A DNA stretch of 43,153 nt from Pseudomonadota bacterium (GCA_023412995.1 JAEZQS010000147.1:1-43153), one strand, 5' to 3'; numbered from the stretch's first letter, positions 1 to 8,948 are shown. Notes: generated by a model from the sequence alone, not told the origin. Numbers and translations: made by a program.

Positions 1-273
1 GAGCACCACGAGGACGTCCCCCGGCGCCACCCGGTCGCCGTCCGTCACCCGCCGCTCCAGCACGAGTCCCGCAATCTCGGCCCCGACCGCGACGCGCGAA
101 GGCGCCGCAATGCGGCCAGTGGCGACCACGGCCTGTTGGAGCGGCGCGGCGGCGACCACGTAACCCGGCAGGGCCGGGCCGCGCATCGCGGCGACGAGCC
201 ATGCCGCCAGCCCGAGCAGGGCGAGGGCCGCGGCGGCAAGCCACCCGCGGTGACGCGACCAGGTTTTCACCAT
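1..273 (-). CDS. Efflux transporter periplasmic adaptor (MFP/HlyD family), 5' part; runs off the window start
   Basis: Manual translation from ATG at 273: MVKTWSRHRGWLAAAALALLGLAAWL...VVATGRI...GAEIAGLVLERRVTDGDRVAPGDVLVVL; N-terminal TM plus lipoyl-like half motif. Confidence 0.8.
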   Translation of the reverse strand, partial: MVKTWSRHRGWLAAAALALLGLAAWLVAAMRGPALPGYVVAAAPLQQAVVATGRIAAPSRVAVGAEIAGLVLERRVTDGDRVAPGDVLVVL

Positions 274-685
274 CGGGGCCGGACTCCTGTAGCGGCACGC
301 GCGATGGTGCCATGGCGGGAACGTGCGCTTCACCCGCCGTATCGGCCGACTGCCCGGCTTGGGTGCCACGCATCTATAACAGGACGCGCGAGTGGGGTGG
401 CGGACGTGGCTGGCGGGGGCGGACTGTTCGGAGTGACGGACGGGTTTCCCGTCGGCTGCTCCATGCGATGGGCCTGCCTCGGCGGTGGGTGGGGCGCGCG
501 ACTGGCCCCGCGCGCATAATTGAGGTAAAATATGCAACGTAAATTACTGTTCCTGGAGAAAAAAGGAGGCAAGCAAAATCAACGCAACGGTCATGTCCTT
601 CTTCTTCCGCAGCAGGCCAGCCCGCCACCTGCACCCCACCCGCCCCGCCCTGCGCGGTCCCGGCTTCCAGACCTCACCACCCGCG

Positions 686-1143
686 TCCGTTCCCGGCTGC
701 CACGAGGCAGGTGCTCCCGCAAAACCGCCCTCGCGGCGCCGACGCGAACCGTCGGGGTATTCACCCCGCCAGCTGCGCCACTCCCGGTTTCGCATAAGCT
801 GACGCCGTTGCGCGTCTCGGTCCGGTCGGGGGCTGGCGCAGCACGCTTCGCATCGCAGCTCGCGACCTCCGAGACCACGGGAAATTGTCCCCGGCACCAT
901 TTCAGGTCGCTCGCGTACCGCCCGAATCCGTTCCCGGCGGCCGCGGGCAGGCATTCCCGGAAGCCGCCGTCACGCCGCCAGCACGAAGCGTCCGGGCAGT
1001 CGCCTCGCCAGCTGCGCCAATCCAGGTCTCGAAAGAGCTGACGCCGTTGCGCCTGTCGGTCCGATCGTCAGGTCTGGCGCACCACGCCGCGCGTCGCAGC
1101 TCGCAACCTCCAGGACCACGCGAAACTGTCCCCGGCACCATTT
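686..1143 (+). repeat. Diverged ~241-bp tandem duplication; each unit ends in the 21-bp repeat
   Basis: TCCGTTCCCGGC at 686 and 927; CGCCAGCTGCGCCA, GCTGACGCCGTTGCGC and TCGCAGCTCGC in both units; repeat copies at 882 and 1123. Confidence 0.85.
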
Positions 1144-1259
1144 CGGGGGTGGCAACGTCCAAGGCCACGCGAAATTGTCCCTGGCACCATTTTGTGCGAG
1201 ACCGTCCGAAATTGTCCCCGGCACCATTTCGAGAGTGGAAATTGTCCCTGGCACCATTT
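882..1259 (+). repeat. Cluster of five 21-bp REP-like repeats (882, 1123, 1172, 1209, 1239)
   Basis: AAA(T/C)TGTCCC(C/T)GGCACCATTT read directly; the last four copies are separated by 28, 16 and 9 nt. Confidence 0.95.
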
Positions 1260-1420
1260 TGGGGTTTTTCCGGAAGGCGCGAGGGTGGGGAATCGGTTGC
1301 CAGGTGCACTGGCCAGGGTGCCTGCATGGGACGCTTGGCGTCGTGGTAATACCGGTCCCGTGGTTGGTAATGGGCATACGGACGCGCTAGCGTTGCGCAG
1401 CGGGGTCGCCGGCATGCGCA

Positions 1421-1461
1421 CAGGCGATCCGCCGGCCTGCCGACAAGCGGCGGATCGCCTG
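1421..1461. promoter_or_regulatory. Perfect 14-bp inverted repeat just upstream of the 1476 start
   Basis: CAGGCGATCCGCCG-N13-CGGCGGATCGCCTG; function unknown. Confidence 0.5.
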
Positions 1462-1475
1462 CCCCGGGACCATCC

Positions 1476-2054
1476 ATGGATGCATTCAGCTATCTCTCGG
1501 TCATGATCTCCCTGATCCTCGGCCTGGCGATCACCCAGGTGTTGCAGGGATTCCGCGGTCTGATGCAGGCACGCTCGCGCCTCGTCGGGTATTGGCCCTC
1601 GGTGGTGTGGGCGTTCCTGGTCGTCGTGATCTCGGTACAGGCCTGGTGGTCGATGTTCGGCTTGCGCCTGCACGCCGACTGGACCTTCCTCGAGTTCTCG
1701 GCGGTGCTTGTGCAGTCGACCGTGTTATACCTGCTCGCCGCGCTGGTCCTGCCGGATGCCCACGGCGAAACAGCCGTCGACCTGGGTGCGTACTACGATG
1801 CCCAGCGGCGCTGGTTCTTTACCCTGCTGGTCATCCTGATCGTCACGAGCGTCGCCAAATCGCTCGTCATCGAACGCCAGCTGCCGCGTGCGCTGGACCT
1901 CGGCTTCCACGGCTTGTTCGCCCTGCTCGGCCTCAGCGGCGCCTTGACCGCCGGGCGTCGCTACCACGCCCTCCTCGCGCTCGCCGGAACCGTCGCGATC
2001 GGTGCCTACATCGCGCTGCTCTTCATGCACCTCGCGCAGCCCCCGGCGCGCTGA
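1476..2054 (+). CDS. Hypothetical multi-pass membrane protein
   Basis: 192 aa, about 6 hydrophobic segments, MDAFSYLSVMISLILGLAITQVL start. Confidence 0.8.
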   Translation: MDAFSYLSVMISLILGLAITQVLQGFRGLMQARSRLVGYWPSVVWAFLVVVISVQAWWSMFGLRLHADWTFLEFSAVLVQSTVLYLLAALVLPDAHGETAVDLGAYYDAQRRWFFTLLVILIVTSVAKSLVIERQLPRALDLGFHGLFALLGLSGALTAGRRYHALLALAGTVAIGAYIALLFMHLAQPPAR

Positions 2055-2066
2055 CGCCGCAGCCCG

Positions 2067-2087
2067 GAATGGTGCCAGGGACAATTT
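2067..2087 (-). repeat. 21-bp REP-like repeat, reverse copy
   Basis: GAATGGTGCCAGGGACAATTT. Confidence 0.9.
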
Positions 2088-2332
2088 CCTGCGGCGGCTT
2101 CCACCCGCCTGGCGCCAGGGCCATTCACCATGTCGTGGATCCTGCGCGCACGGCCGCACCTGCCTTCTCGCCATCGATCCCGCCGCCACCGCGTTCGAGG
2201 TGGCCCGGCCCGAACCTCCTGTCCGTTGACTCCTGCAGGACCCGGCATCCTTCCGGCAGCCCGCGCGCCGGCCCGGCGGCGGGGACGAAGGGTGCAGACG
2301 CGGTCCCGCACGCTGCACGACGGGGGTACATC

Positions 2333-3289
2333 ATGGCCAGCAAAATCGCATTTTCGATCCTTCTTTCCATCGCTCCGCTCACGATGGCGCATGCGCTTGG
2401 CGGACCCACGTTCGGCGGTCCGTCCACCGGCCTGTGGGCCCGACAGGGCGATGGCGGGCGCGGCTTCAACATCGACATCCAGGGTGACCTGATGACGGTC
2501 ACGACCTTCGTTTACACGCAAACGGGACAGCCGATCTGGTATCTCTCGTCGGGCTACTTCAACCACGACACCGGGCGTTTCCAGAGCACCTATGACAGCT
2601 ACTCCGATGGCCAGTGCTTCGGCTGCCCGCCGGACCAGCCGATCGTGCATGCCGGCGCAGCAGGCAACATGACGATCCAGTTCCACGACAACCAGTCGGC
2701 GACCATCACCACGCCCGGCGGTTCGATCGACATCCGGAAGTTCAACTACGGCTTCGCGACCGCAACCGACCTGCTGTACGGCGAATGGCTCGGCAGCTTC
2801 AACGCGGGTGGCCTGGTCGGGGGCGACTGGATGCTGTTCGGCTATCCGTTCGAGGATGGCGGCACTGTCTATGCGGCTGGAAACCTCGACGGCGATACGG
2901 AAGCGCTGATACTCGGAACGTATGTCCCCGACACCAATACCGTGCTGATCCTCGCGGGGCAGTCGAACAGCTCGTACCTCCACTGGTATTCGGTCGGCAT
3001 GGACGACCGCCGCGGCGCAGGCGAGGCGTGGGTGCTGCCCGAAGACGAGCTGCCGGGCGGGAACGGCGTGCCGGCCTTCCTCTCGCGCCTCCTGTACGAG
3101 TCGGAGATCACGTTTCTCGATGGCACGGTCTCGCCCGCGAGCGAACTGCCGCCGAACGAGGCTCATCCTGCCGGGAAGTCCGCGTGCACGAACGACTGCC
3201 GGCCGCGCAGCGAGTTCGAGGGCATGCGCGGCGTATTCGAGAAGGTGAGGCTCGAGAAGCGCGCCCGCCTCGCGAAACGCACGCCCTAG
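2333..3289 (+). CDS. Secreted hypothetical protein
   Basis: Signal peptide MASKIAFSILLSIAPLTMAHA; GLW..GDGGRGFNIDIQ..FVY..GQPIWY beta-rich body; 3' part of ORF 1592..3289. Confidence 0.75.
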   Translation: MASKIAFSILLSIAPLTMAHALGGPTFGGPSTGLWARQGDGGRGFNIDIQGDLMTVTTFVYTQTGQPIWYLSSGYFNHDTGRFQSTYDSYSDGQCFGCPPDQPIVHAGAAGNMTIQFHDNQSATITTPGGSIDIRKFNYGFATATDLLYGEWLGSFNAGGLVGGDWMLFGYPFEDGGTVYAAGNLDGDTEALILGTYVPDTNTVLILAGQSNSSYLHWYSVGMDDRRGAGEAWVLPEDELPGGNGVPAFLSRLLYESEITFLDGTVSPASELPPNEAHPAGKSACTNDCRPRSEFEGMRGVFEKVRLEKRARLAKRTP

Positions 3290-3340
3290 GCCAGCACGCC
3301 GGAGCGGCGCCTCGCGCCGGCGTGAGAAAATGGTGCGAGA

Positions 3341-3619
3341 AAATGGTGCCGGGGACAATTTCGCCGCCCCGTGGGCGTCAACATGGTGCCATGGGGAAGT
3401 TCTGCCGCTTTGACCGGTCGGACCCGCGGCAATCAGCTGCGTTCAATCGGCACGTCGCCAACTCGTCGAGCGCACTCGCGCCCGGCAGCAAGAGGCCCGA
3501 CGCGCAGGCCGATGGGTCACTCATCGATTCGCTGGAGCGATGGCAGGTGACCGGGAAATTGTCCCCGGCACCATTTTGGGTGATGCCAGCTGCCCGCGAA
3601 ATTGTCCCTGGCACCGTTT
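3341..3619. repeat. REP-like cluster: reverse copy 3341-3361, degenerate reverse copy ~3381-3401, forward copies 3556-3576 and 3599-3619
   Basis: 3341 AAATGGTGCCGGGGACAATTT is the exact reverse complement of the copy at 3556. Confidence 0.9.
3362..3555 (-). pseudogene. Possible decayed 3' fragment of a RAYT/Y1 transposase
   Basis: Minus strand DPSACASGLLLPGASALDELATCRLNAADCRGSDRSKRQ resembles the recalled RAYT C-terminal pattern (..EL..IR....LGSDRF..QI); bounded by an inverted repeat pair. Confidence 0.35.
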
Positions 3620-3634
3620 TTTGGGGTGGCGCGG

Positions 3635-4411
3635 TCAGGACTTGAGCTTGTACCCGGTGCGGAAGATCCACCACACGGCAGCGAGGCACAGCACGAGGAA
3701 GCCGAGCGTCATGCCGGCACTGACGACGACGTTGACGTCGGCGGTACCGTAGAAGCTCCAGCGCACGCCGCTGATCAGGTACACCACGGGATTGAACAAC
3801 GTGATCTTCTGCCACAGGGGCGGCAGCATGTTGATCGAATAGAACGCGCCGCCGAGGAAGGTGAGCGGCGTGACGATCATCAGCGGCACGACCTGCAGCT
3901 TCTGGAAGTCGTCGGCCCAGAGGCCGATGATGAAACCGAACAGGCTGAAGGTCACCGCCGTCAGCAGCAGGAAGCACAGCATCCAGAGCGGATGCGCGAT
4001 GTGGTAGGGAACGAAGAGTCGCGCCGTCACCAGTATGAGGATGCCGAGCAGCACCGACTTCGTAGCCGCCGCACCGACGTAGCCGACCACGACCTCGAAC
4101 GGCGATACCGGCGCGGACAGCAGCTCGTAGATCGTGCCCGCCCATTTCGGCATGTAGATGCCGAACGAGGCGTTGGAGATGCTCTCGTTGAGTAGTGACA
4201 GCATCAGCAGGCCCGGGATGATGAAGGCGCCGTAGCCGACCCCATCGATCTCGCCCATGCGCGATCCGATCGCTGCGCCGAACACCACGAAGTAGAGCGA
4301 TGTCGACAGCACCGGTGAGGCGATGCTCTGCATCAGGGTGCGGAACGTACGCGCCATCTCGAAGCGGTAGATGGCGGCAATGGCGTACAGGTTGATCGCG
4401 CGCGGGCTCAT
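3635..4411 (-). CDS. ABC-2 type transporter permease (YadH-like)
   Basis: [22 protein letters not shown]...[24 protein letters not shown] overlap with the ATPase stop. Confidence 0.92.
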   Translation of the reverse strand: MSPRAINLYAIAAIYRFEMARTFRTLMQSIASPVLSTSLYFVVFGAAIGSRMGEIDGVGYGAFIIPGLLMLSLLNESISNASFGIYMPKWAGTIYELLSAPVSPFEVVVGYVGAAATKSVLLGILILVTARLFVPYHIAHPLWMLCFLLLTAVTFSLFGFIIGLWADDFQKLQVVPLMIVTPLTFLGGAFYSINMLPPLWQKITLFNPVVYLISGVRWSFYGTADVNVVVSAGMTLGFLVLCLAAVWWIFRTGYKLKS

Positions 4412-5400
4412 CGGCGCGCCTCCGCGTCGGCGTCGTGCGCGGCACCAGCCCTGGCGTCGCGCGACCCCCCGTGCACCAGGCTGACGAAGATGTCCTCCAG
4501 CGAACTTTCGCTCGAATGCAGGTCCTTGAAGTCGATGCCGTGGTCGGCGAGCCGGCGAAGCAGCGTCGCGATGCCGGTGCGCTCGGCCTGGGTGTCGAAG
4601 GTGTAGACCAGCGTGAGTCCCCCGTCCACCAGCTCCAGCGGCTCGTCCGCGAGGGCGTCCGGAATGCGCTGGAGTGGCGCCTGCAGCTGGAGGGTAAGCT
4701 GCTTCCTGCCGAGCTTTCGCATCAGGACGTGCTTGTCCTCCACCACCACGAGGCCGCCCTTGTTGATCACGCCGATGCGATCGGCCATCTCCTCCGCTTC
4801 CTCGATGTAGTGCGTGGTCAGGATGATGGTGACGCCGCGGTCGCGCAGCTCGCGCACCAGCTGCCACATGTCGCGGCGGAGCTCTACATCGACCCCGGCC
4901 GTCGGCTCGTCCAGGAACAGGATCGCCGGTTCATGCGAGAGCGCCTTTGCGATCAGCACGCGACGCTTCATGCCGCCGGACAGCGTCATGATCTTGTTGT
5001 TGCGCTTGTCCCAGAGCGACAGGGCGCGCAGGACCCGTTCGAGGTGCGCGGGATCGGGTGGCCGGCCGAAGAGGCCGCGGCTGAAGCGCACCGTCGCCCA
5101 TACGGTCTCGAAGGCATCGGTGGACAGTTCCTGCGGCACCAGTCCGATCGCCATGCGCGCGGCACGCGCGTCGCGGACGATGTCGTGCCCGTCCGCGATC
5201 ACGGTGCCGGCGGTGGCGGTGACGATGCCGCAGACGATGTTGATGAGCGTGGTCTTGCCGGCGCCGTTCGGACCCAGCAGGGCGAAGATCTCGCCACGCC
5301 GGATGTCCAGGCTGACATCCTTCAGCGCGTGGAATCCCGATGCATACGTTTTGCTCACGTTGCGGATCGAAACGATGGGCAGCGTGTCGCTGGACGTCAT
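4408..5400 (-). CDS. ABC transporter ATP-binding protein (YadG-like)
   Basis: Walker A GPNGAGKT, signature LSGGM, Walker B ILFLDEP, H-loop TTHY; RBS GAGG. Confidence 0.95.
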   Translation of the reverse strand: MTSSDTLPIVSIRNVSKTYASGFHALKDVSLDIRRGEIFALLGPNGAGKTTLINIVCGIVTATAGTVIADGHDIVRDARAARMAIGLVPQELSTDAFETVWATVRFSRGLFGRPPDPAHLERVLRALSLWDKRNNKIMTLSGGMKRRVLIAKALSHEPAILFLDEPTAGVDVELRRDMWQLVRELRDRGVTIILTTHYIEEAEEMADRIGVINKGGLVVVEDKHVLMRKLGRKQLTLQLQAPLQRIPDALADEPLELVDGGLTLVYTFDTQAERTGIATLLRRLADHGIDFKDLHSSESSLEDIFVSLVHGGSRDARAGAAHDADAEARR

Positions 5401-5611
5401 GCGCGCTTCCTCTTTCACGGCGTGGTCCCAGGGGAGGGTGTGGGGCGAGGGCCTGCTGTCGGGAGCCGGACCGCCTGACATTCTAGGGACAACGTCCCGG
5501 GCCCGGCAGCGGCATGGCAGTGGCCTATTCCGTCACAGGGCCGCGCGATCATGCACCCACACGGCCCTCATGCGACGACGATCCAGCGCCGCGCGGATCG
5601 ACACCGGATCA

Positions 5612-5754
5612 AAATGGTGTCAGGGACAATTTGTCGGGAGCGAGCGAGGGCCGGGTGTGTCCACCGGTTCCGGATGCCCCGGCGGAGGTTTGCGGGGCGA
5701 AATTGTCCCTGACACCATTTGGTCCGTGGGCGGAAATTGTCCCTAACACCATTT
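5612..5754. repeat. REP-like cluster: reverse copy 5612-5632, forward copies 5700-5720 and 5734-5754
   Basis: AAATGGTGTCAGGGACAATTT and AAATTGTCCCTGACACCATTT are a perfect inverted pair 67 nt apart. Confidence 0.95.
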
Positions 5755-5779
5755 TCGGGGTGGCGTTCTGGGGCGCGGC

Positions 5780-6802
5780 TTACTGGGCGTGGATGGTCTG
5801 GCCGCGGAGTGGCTCGCCGTGGGCGATGGGGCGACCGTCGGCGACGTAGCCGTTGAAGAAGGCGGGCAGTCCAAGGCCGTTGCCGAAGCGGGGGCTGTCC
5901 TGCAGGTGGAAGTGCAGGTGGGGCTCGCTGGTGTTGCCGCTGTTTCCGCAGCGTCCGAGCAGTTGACCGCTGGTTACCGCCTGCCCGGGTTGGACGACGA
6001 TGCTGCCTTGTCGCATGTGCGCGAGCAGGGCGTACTCGTCGTGGCCGAGGTCGAGCATGACGTGGTTGCCGGCCGGTTGGAGGGAATTGGCCGTGCCGAT
6101 TGCCTGGTCGGACAGGTCGCCGACCACTTCCACCACGGTACCAGCGGCCGGGGCGAGGATGGGCTGGTTCCAGCAGTAGTACTGATCGAGCGCGCTGCCG
6201 TCACCGCGATGCGTGCTGCCGCCGAGGCGCTTGACGAAGTCATAGGCGAATCGCTGGCCAGGGTCCGCCGCGTGGTAGTTCTGTGCAAGGGTTCGTCCGC
6301 CCCAGAACACGTACCACTGCCCCTGGAAGGGCAACCGCAGGTCCGCGGTCGTGTCGCGCTCGAGATAGGGCGATGCCGCTTCGACCGGCGCGCTTTGCGC
6401 AGGTTGGATGGAGAACGCCGCCACCTTGCCGTCCGGTGCGAATACCCATTGCGTGCGGATCGGCGTCGGCCGCTTGCTCCAGCGCGACGTGCGCACATAC
6501 GCGTCGAGGCCGTCCACGTGCTGCAAGTCTTCGGAAAGGACGTCCTGCTCCTTCCCCAGTTGCTCGTCGACCTTGTCGCGAAAGGCCGTCAGCTTCGCCG
6601 CGTCCATGGCATCACGCATCCCCTGCCCGAAGCGGGCGCGCACCGGGGCGAGGTCGCGGTCGAGGAATGCGCGCGTGAGCGCCTGGCCGGCTGCCATGAC
6701 GTCCTCGCGTGGGGGCGTTGCCGTCGCCTCCGCTGCACGCGTTGGCATGGGCAGCAGGCAGGCTGTTGCGATTAGGATGAGGTGGACGAGGGTGCGACGC
6801 AT
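5780..6802 (-). CDS. Secreted M23 family metallopeptidase with N-terminal DUF3887-like domain
   Basis: Signal peptide; NYH..QRFAYDF, GNHV, LAHM, GNSGNTSEPHLHF. Confidence 0.88.
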   Translation of the reverse strand: MRRTLVHLILIATACLLPMPTRAAEATATPPREDVMAAGQALTRAFLDRDLAPVRARFGQGMRDAMDAAKLTAFRDKVDEQLGKEQDVLSEDLQHVDGLDAYVRTSRWSKRPTPIRTQWVFAPDGKVAAFSIQPAQSAPVEAASPYLERDTTADLRLPFQGQWYVFWGGRTLAQNYHAADPGQRFAYDFVKRLGGSTHRGDGSALDQYYCWNQPILAPAAGTVVEVVGDLSDQAIGTANSLQPAGNHVMLDLGHDEYALLAHMRQGSIVVQPGQAVTSGQLLGRCGNSGNTSEPHLHFHLQDSPRFGNGLGLPAFFNGYVADGRPIAHGEPLRGQTIHAQ

Positions 6803-6813
6803 GGGAATCTCCT

Positions 6814-7140
6814 TCAGGTCGCGCCGGCGCCGCCGACCAGCGCGGCCAGCTGGCGACGGTAGTGCGCGAGGGCGGTTCGCCCGACCGGCGTGATGGCCAC
6901 CCGCGTGAGCGGCTTGCGACCGCGATAGGTCTTTTCGATGGCCACCATCCCGCCGGCTTCAAGCCGGGAGAGGTGGCTCGAGAGGTTGCCCTTGCTGAGG
7001 CGACAGACGGTCTCCAGGAAACCGAAGTCGACCTGTTCTGCGCCGGAGAGGACGGTGAGGATCGCCAGTCGCGCAGGCTCGTGGACGAGTCGGTCGACCG
7101 ACAGCACGCCGTCCAGCACGGCCTGAGCGGGGCCGTTCAT
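6814..7140 (-). CDS. Winged-helix transcriptional regulator (MarR/ArsR-like, HTH_34 type)
   Basis: DRLVHEPARLAIL..GNLSSHLSRLEAGG..GRKPLTRVAITPVGR; ATGA coupling with the upstream gene. Confidence 0.88.
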   Translation of the reverse strand: MNGPAQAVLDGVLSVDRLVHEPARLAILTVLSGAEQVDFGFLETVCRLSKGNLSSHLSRLEAGGMVAIEKTYRGRKPLTRVAITPVGRTALAHYRRQLAALVGGAGAT

Positions 7141-7757
7141 TGCGCCACCGTCTCCCGCAACGCCGCGCGGATCGCGAGGAACTCCCGGTGTTCGCGCAGT
7201 CCCGCAACCATCGCAAGGGTGGCGCAGCCGGCGGCGTACACGAGCCACCATCCACCGTACGCCCCGCCGGCAGCGACCACGGCCGCCTGGCAGAACAGCA
7301 GCACGCCGACGAGGAAATCCCCTAGCGACCAGAACCAGCGCAGGGCGACGAATGGCAGCGCACCCACGAGTACCAGGTAGACCAGCATGCCGCTGCGGGG
7401 CAGGTCGCCCCCGTTCGCGAACAGCACGCCACCGATGACGAGGGCCGAGATGGTGAAGAGGAAAAAGGTCATCCAGCGCCGTTGGCGCTTCAGCGCGGGA
7501 GGAACCTGCTGCAGCGCGCGACCGTCGCGCTGGTAGTAGAACCGCCGCAACAGCTCCCGCGTCAGCAGCCACACGACCGGCAGTGAGACGAGCGCCACCT
7601 GCAGCACCCGGCCAAGCGGCAAAAAGGCGCCGAGCAGGAACGCGCAGAGCAGCAGCACGCCGCCCACCACCAATCCGAGCCCGCCGGCGCCTCGGGAGTA
7701 GCGCGCGTAACGCTCGGTCAGGCCTCGCAGGCGGTCGAGATCGGCAGGGGCAAGCAT
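7137..7757 (-). CDS. Hypothetical membrane protein
   Basis: 206 aa, about 6 TM segments; RBS GGAG upstream. Confidence 0.75.
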   Translation of the reverse strand: MLAPADLDRLRGLTERYARYSRGAGGLGLVVGGVLLLCAFLLGAFLPLGRVLQVALVSLPVVWLLTRELLRRFYYQRDGRALQQVPPALKRQRRWMTFFLFTISALVIGGVLFANGGDLPRSGMLVYLVLVGALPFVALRWFWSLGDFLVGVLLFCQAAVVAAGGAYGGWWLVYAAGCATLAMVAGLREHREFLAIRAALRETVAQ

Positions 7758-7785
7758 GTAGAATCTCCGGATAACGTGCCAACTA

Positions 7786-7800
7786 GTTTGCCACGCAAAC
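7786..7800. promoter_or_regulatory. Palindromic operator, probably for the co-transcribed winged-helix regulator
   Basis: GTTTGC-CAC-GCAAAC about 30 nt upstream of the 7757 start. Confidence 0.6.
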
Positions 7801-7837
7801 CTAATTCATGGCAACCCCTGTGTTCCGCGCCGTCGAA

Positions 7838-7858
7838 AAATGGTGCCAGGGACAATTT
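7838..7858 (-). repeat. 21-bp REP-like repeat, reverse copy
   Basis: AAATGGTGCCAGGGACAATTT. Confidence 0.95.
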
Positions 7859-8149
7859 CCGGCGCGACTGAGGGGTGCGCCGCCCGGGCTGCCGGCCCCG
7901 GAAGTGCTCGAGCGGCGTCCCGGCGAAGGACCTCGCGGCCCTGATGGCGCCACCCGCGTCATCTGACGACAGCCAGTGCAGCCAGGCCCTCGCGCTCGCC
8001 GGAACCGGTGTCGCGGCTTCGCGGTTCGTCAAGAATTGCAGGCACGACGACCGGGGCACAGTCTGACGCTGCGCACGCGCGATCGCGGCGACACGGCCGG
8101 GTATCCCCGGGCCATGAACCTGTTGGACCGAGGCAGTTCGGTCGCCGGC
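7859..8149 (+). pseudogene. Possible decayed 5'/core fragment of a RAYT/Y1 transposase
   Basis: Successive frames give ARLRGAPPGLP..VLERR, LMAPP..SQAL..RFVKNCRHDDRGTV* (TGA at 8064 where W is expected) and GYPRAMNLLDRGSSVA, in the order of the RAYT motifs. Confidence 0.4.
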
Positions 8150-8150
8150 T

Positions 8151-8777
8151 TCATCCGCCGTCGCAAATGGCCGCCAGTTCGTATGGTTCCTCGAGGAGGT
8201 GCCGCGGATTCGCCGCCCGCATCGACTCGGCCGTCGCATATCCCCAGGCGACCGCGCAGAAGCCAACGCCGGCCGCGTGTGCCGCCTCGGCGTCGGTGAT
8301 CTGGTCGCCGACGTAGAGCGCACGCTCCCGCGGGGTGCGGGTCGCTTTCAGCACCCGCTGGATGCGGCGTCGCTTGCCGAAGATGGACGCGCCGCATTCG
8401 ACATGCACCAGCCGCCGCCAGTGCTCGTCACCGAGTATGCGGCGGCAATTGCCGGCGGCGTTGGAAGACACCAGCGCCAGGGCAACACCGCGTCGATGCA
8501 GCTGGTGAAGCGCTTCGCCGATGCCGTCGAAGAGGGGTACCTCGGCCGCACGCATGAGATGCACGAAACGACGGGCGACGGCGGGAAGCTTCCAGCGGGG
8601 CAGGCCGACGTGGCGCATGACGTCGCGCGCGGAGCAGCCCCTCAGCATCGCGATCTCCGCGGCATCGATGCGGCGGAACCCGTATCGCGCCGCCAGCTGG
8701 TTGTGCACGCTGGCGAAGAACGGGAACGAGTCGGCGAGGGTGCCGTCGAGGTCGAGGATGATGAGGTCGTAGCGCAT
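8151..8777 (-). CDS. HAD-superfamily hydrolase (phosphoglycolate phosphatase-like)
   Basis: Motif I DLDGTLADS, motif II VSSN, motif IV YVGDQITD, VAWGY. Confidence 0.92.
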   Translation of the reverse strand: MRYDLIILDLDGTLADSFPFFASVHNQLAARYGFRRIDAAEIAMLRGCSARDVMRHVGLPRWKLPAVARRFVHLMRAAEVPLFDGIGEALHQLHRRGVALALVSSNAAGNCRRILGDEHWRRLVHVECGASIFGKRRRIQRVLKATRTPRERALYVGDQITDAEAAHAAGVGFCAVAWGYATAESMRAANPRHLLEEPYELAAICDGG

Positions 8778-8948
8778 GGTTGTCGTGATCAGCGATGGGG
8801 CGCACGCATGGCCAGGCGCGCGTCCCAGGAGCGCGGTGTTTACTTTACGGACGTCCAGCCCGCCCAATGCCCGTAGCGGGGATCGCGGCTGGTCATCGCA
8901 ATACGGTTGCGAAGCCGCTTTTGCGGAGGTGCACCCGGACTCCGGCGC

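Noticed and set aside
509..545. dif (XerCD) site
   Set aside because: GCGCATAA resembles the XerC arm, but no TTATGTTAAAT-like arm follows a 6-bp spacer.
1123..1259. CRISPR array
   Set aside because: Spacers are short and irregular (28, 16, 9 nt), repeats occur in both orientations elsewhere, and there are no cas genes in the window.
532..1349. ORFs 532..1041 and 885..1349 as real genes
   Set aside because: They are Pro/Arg-rich, cross the repeats and have no intact domain.
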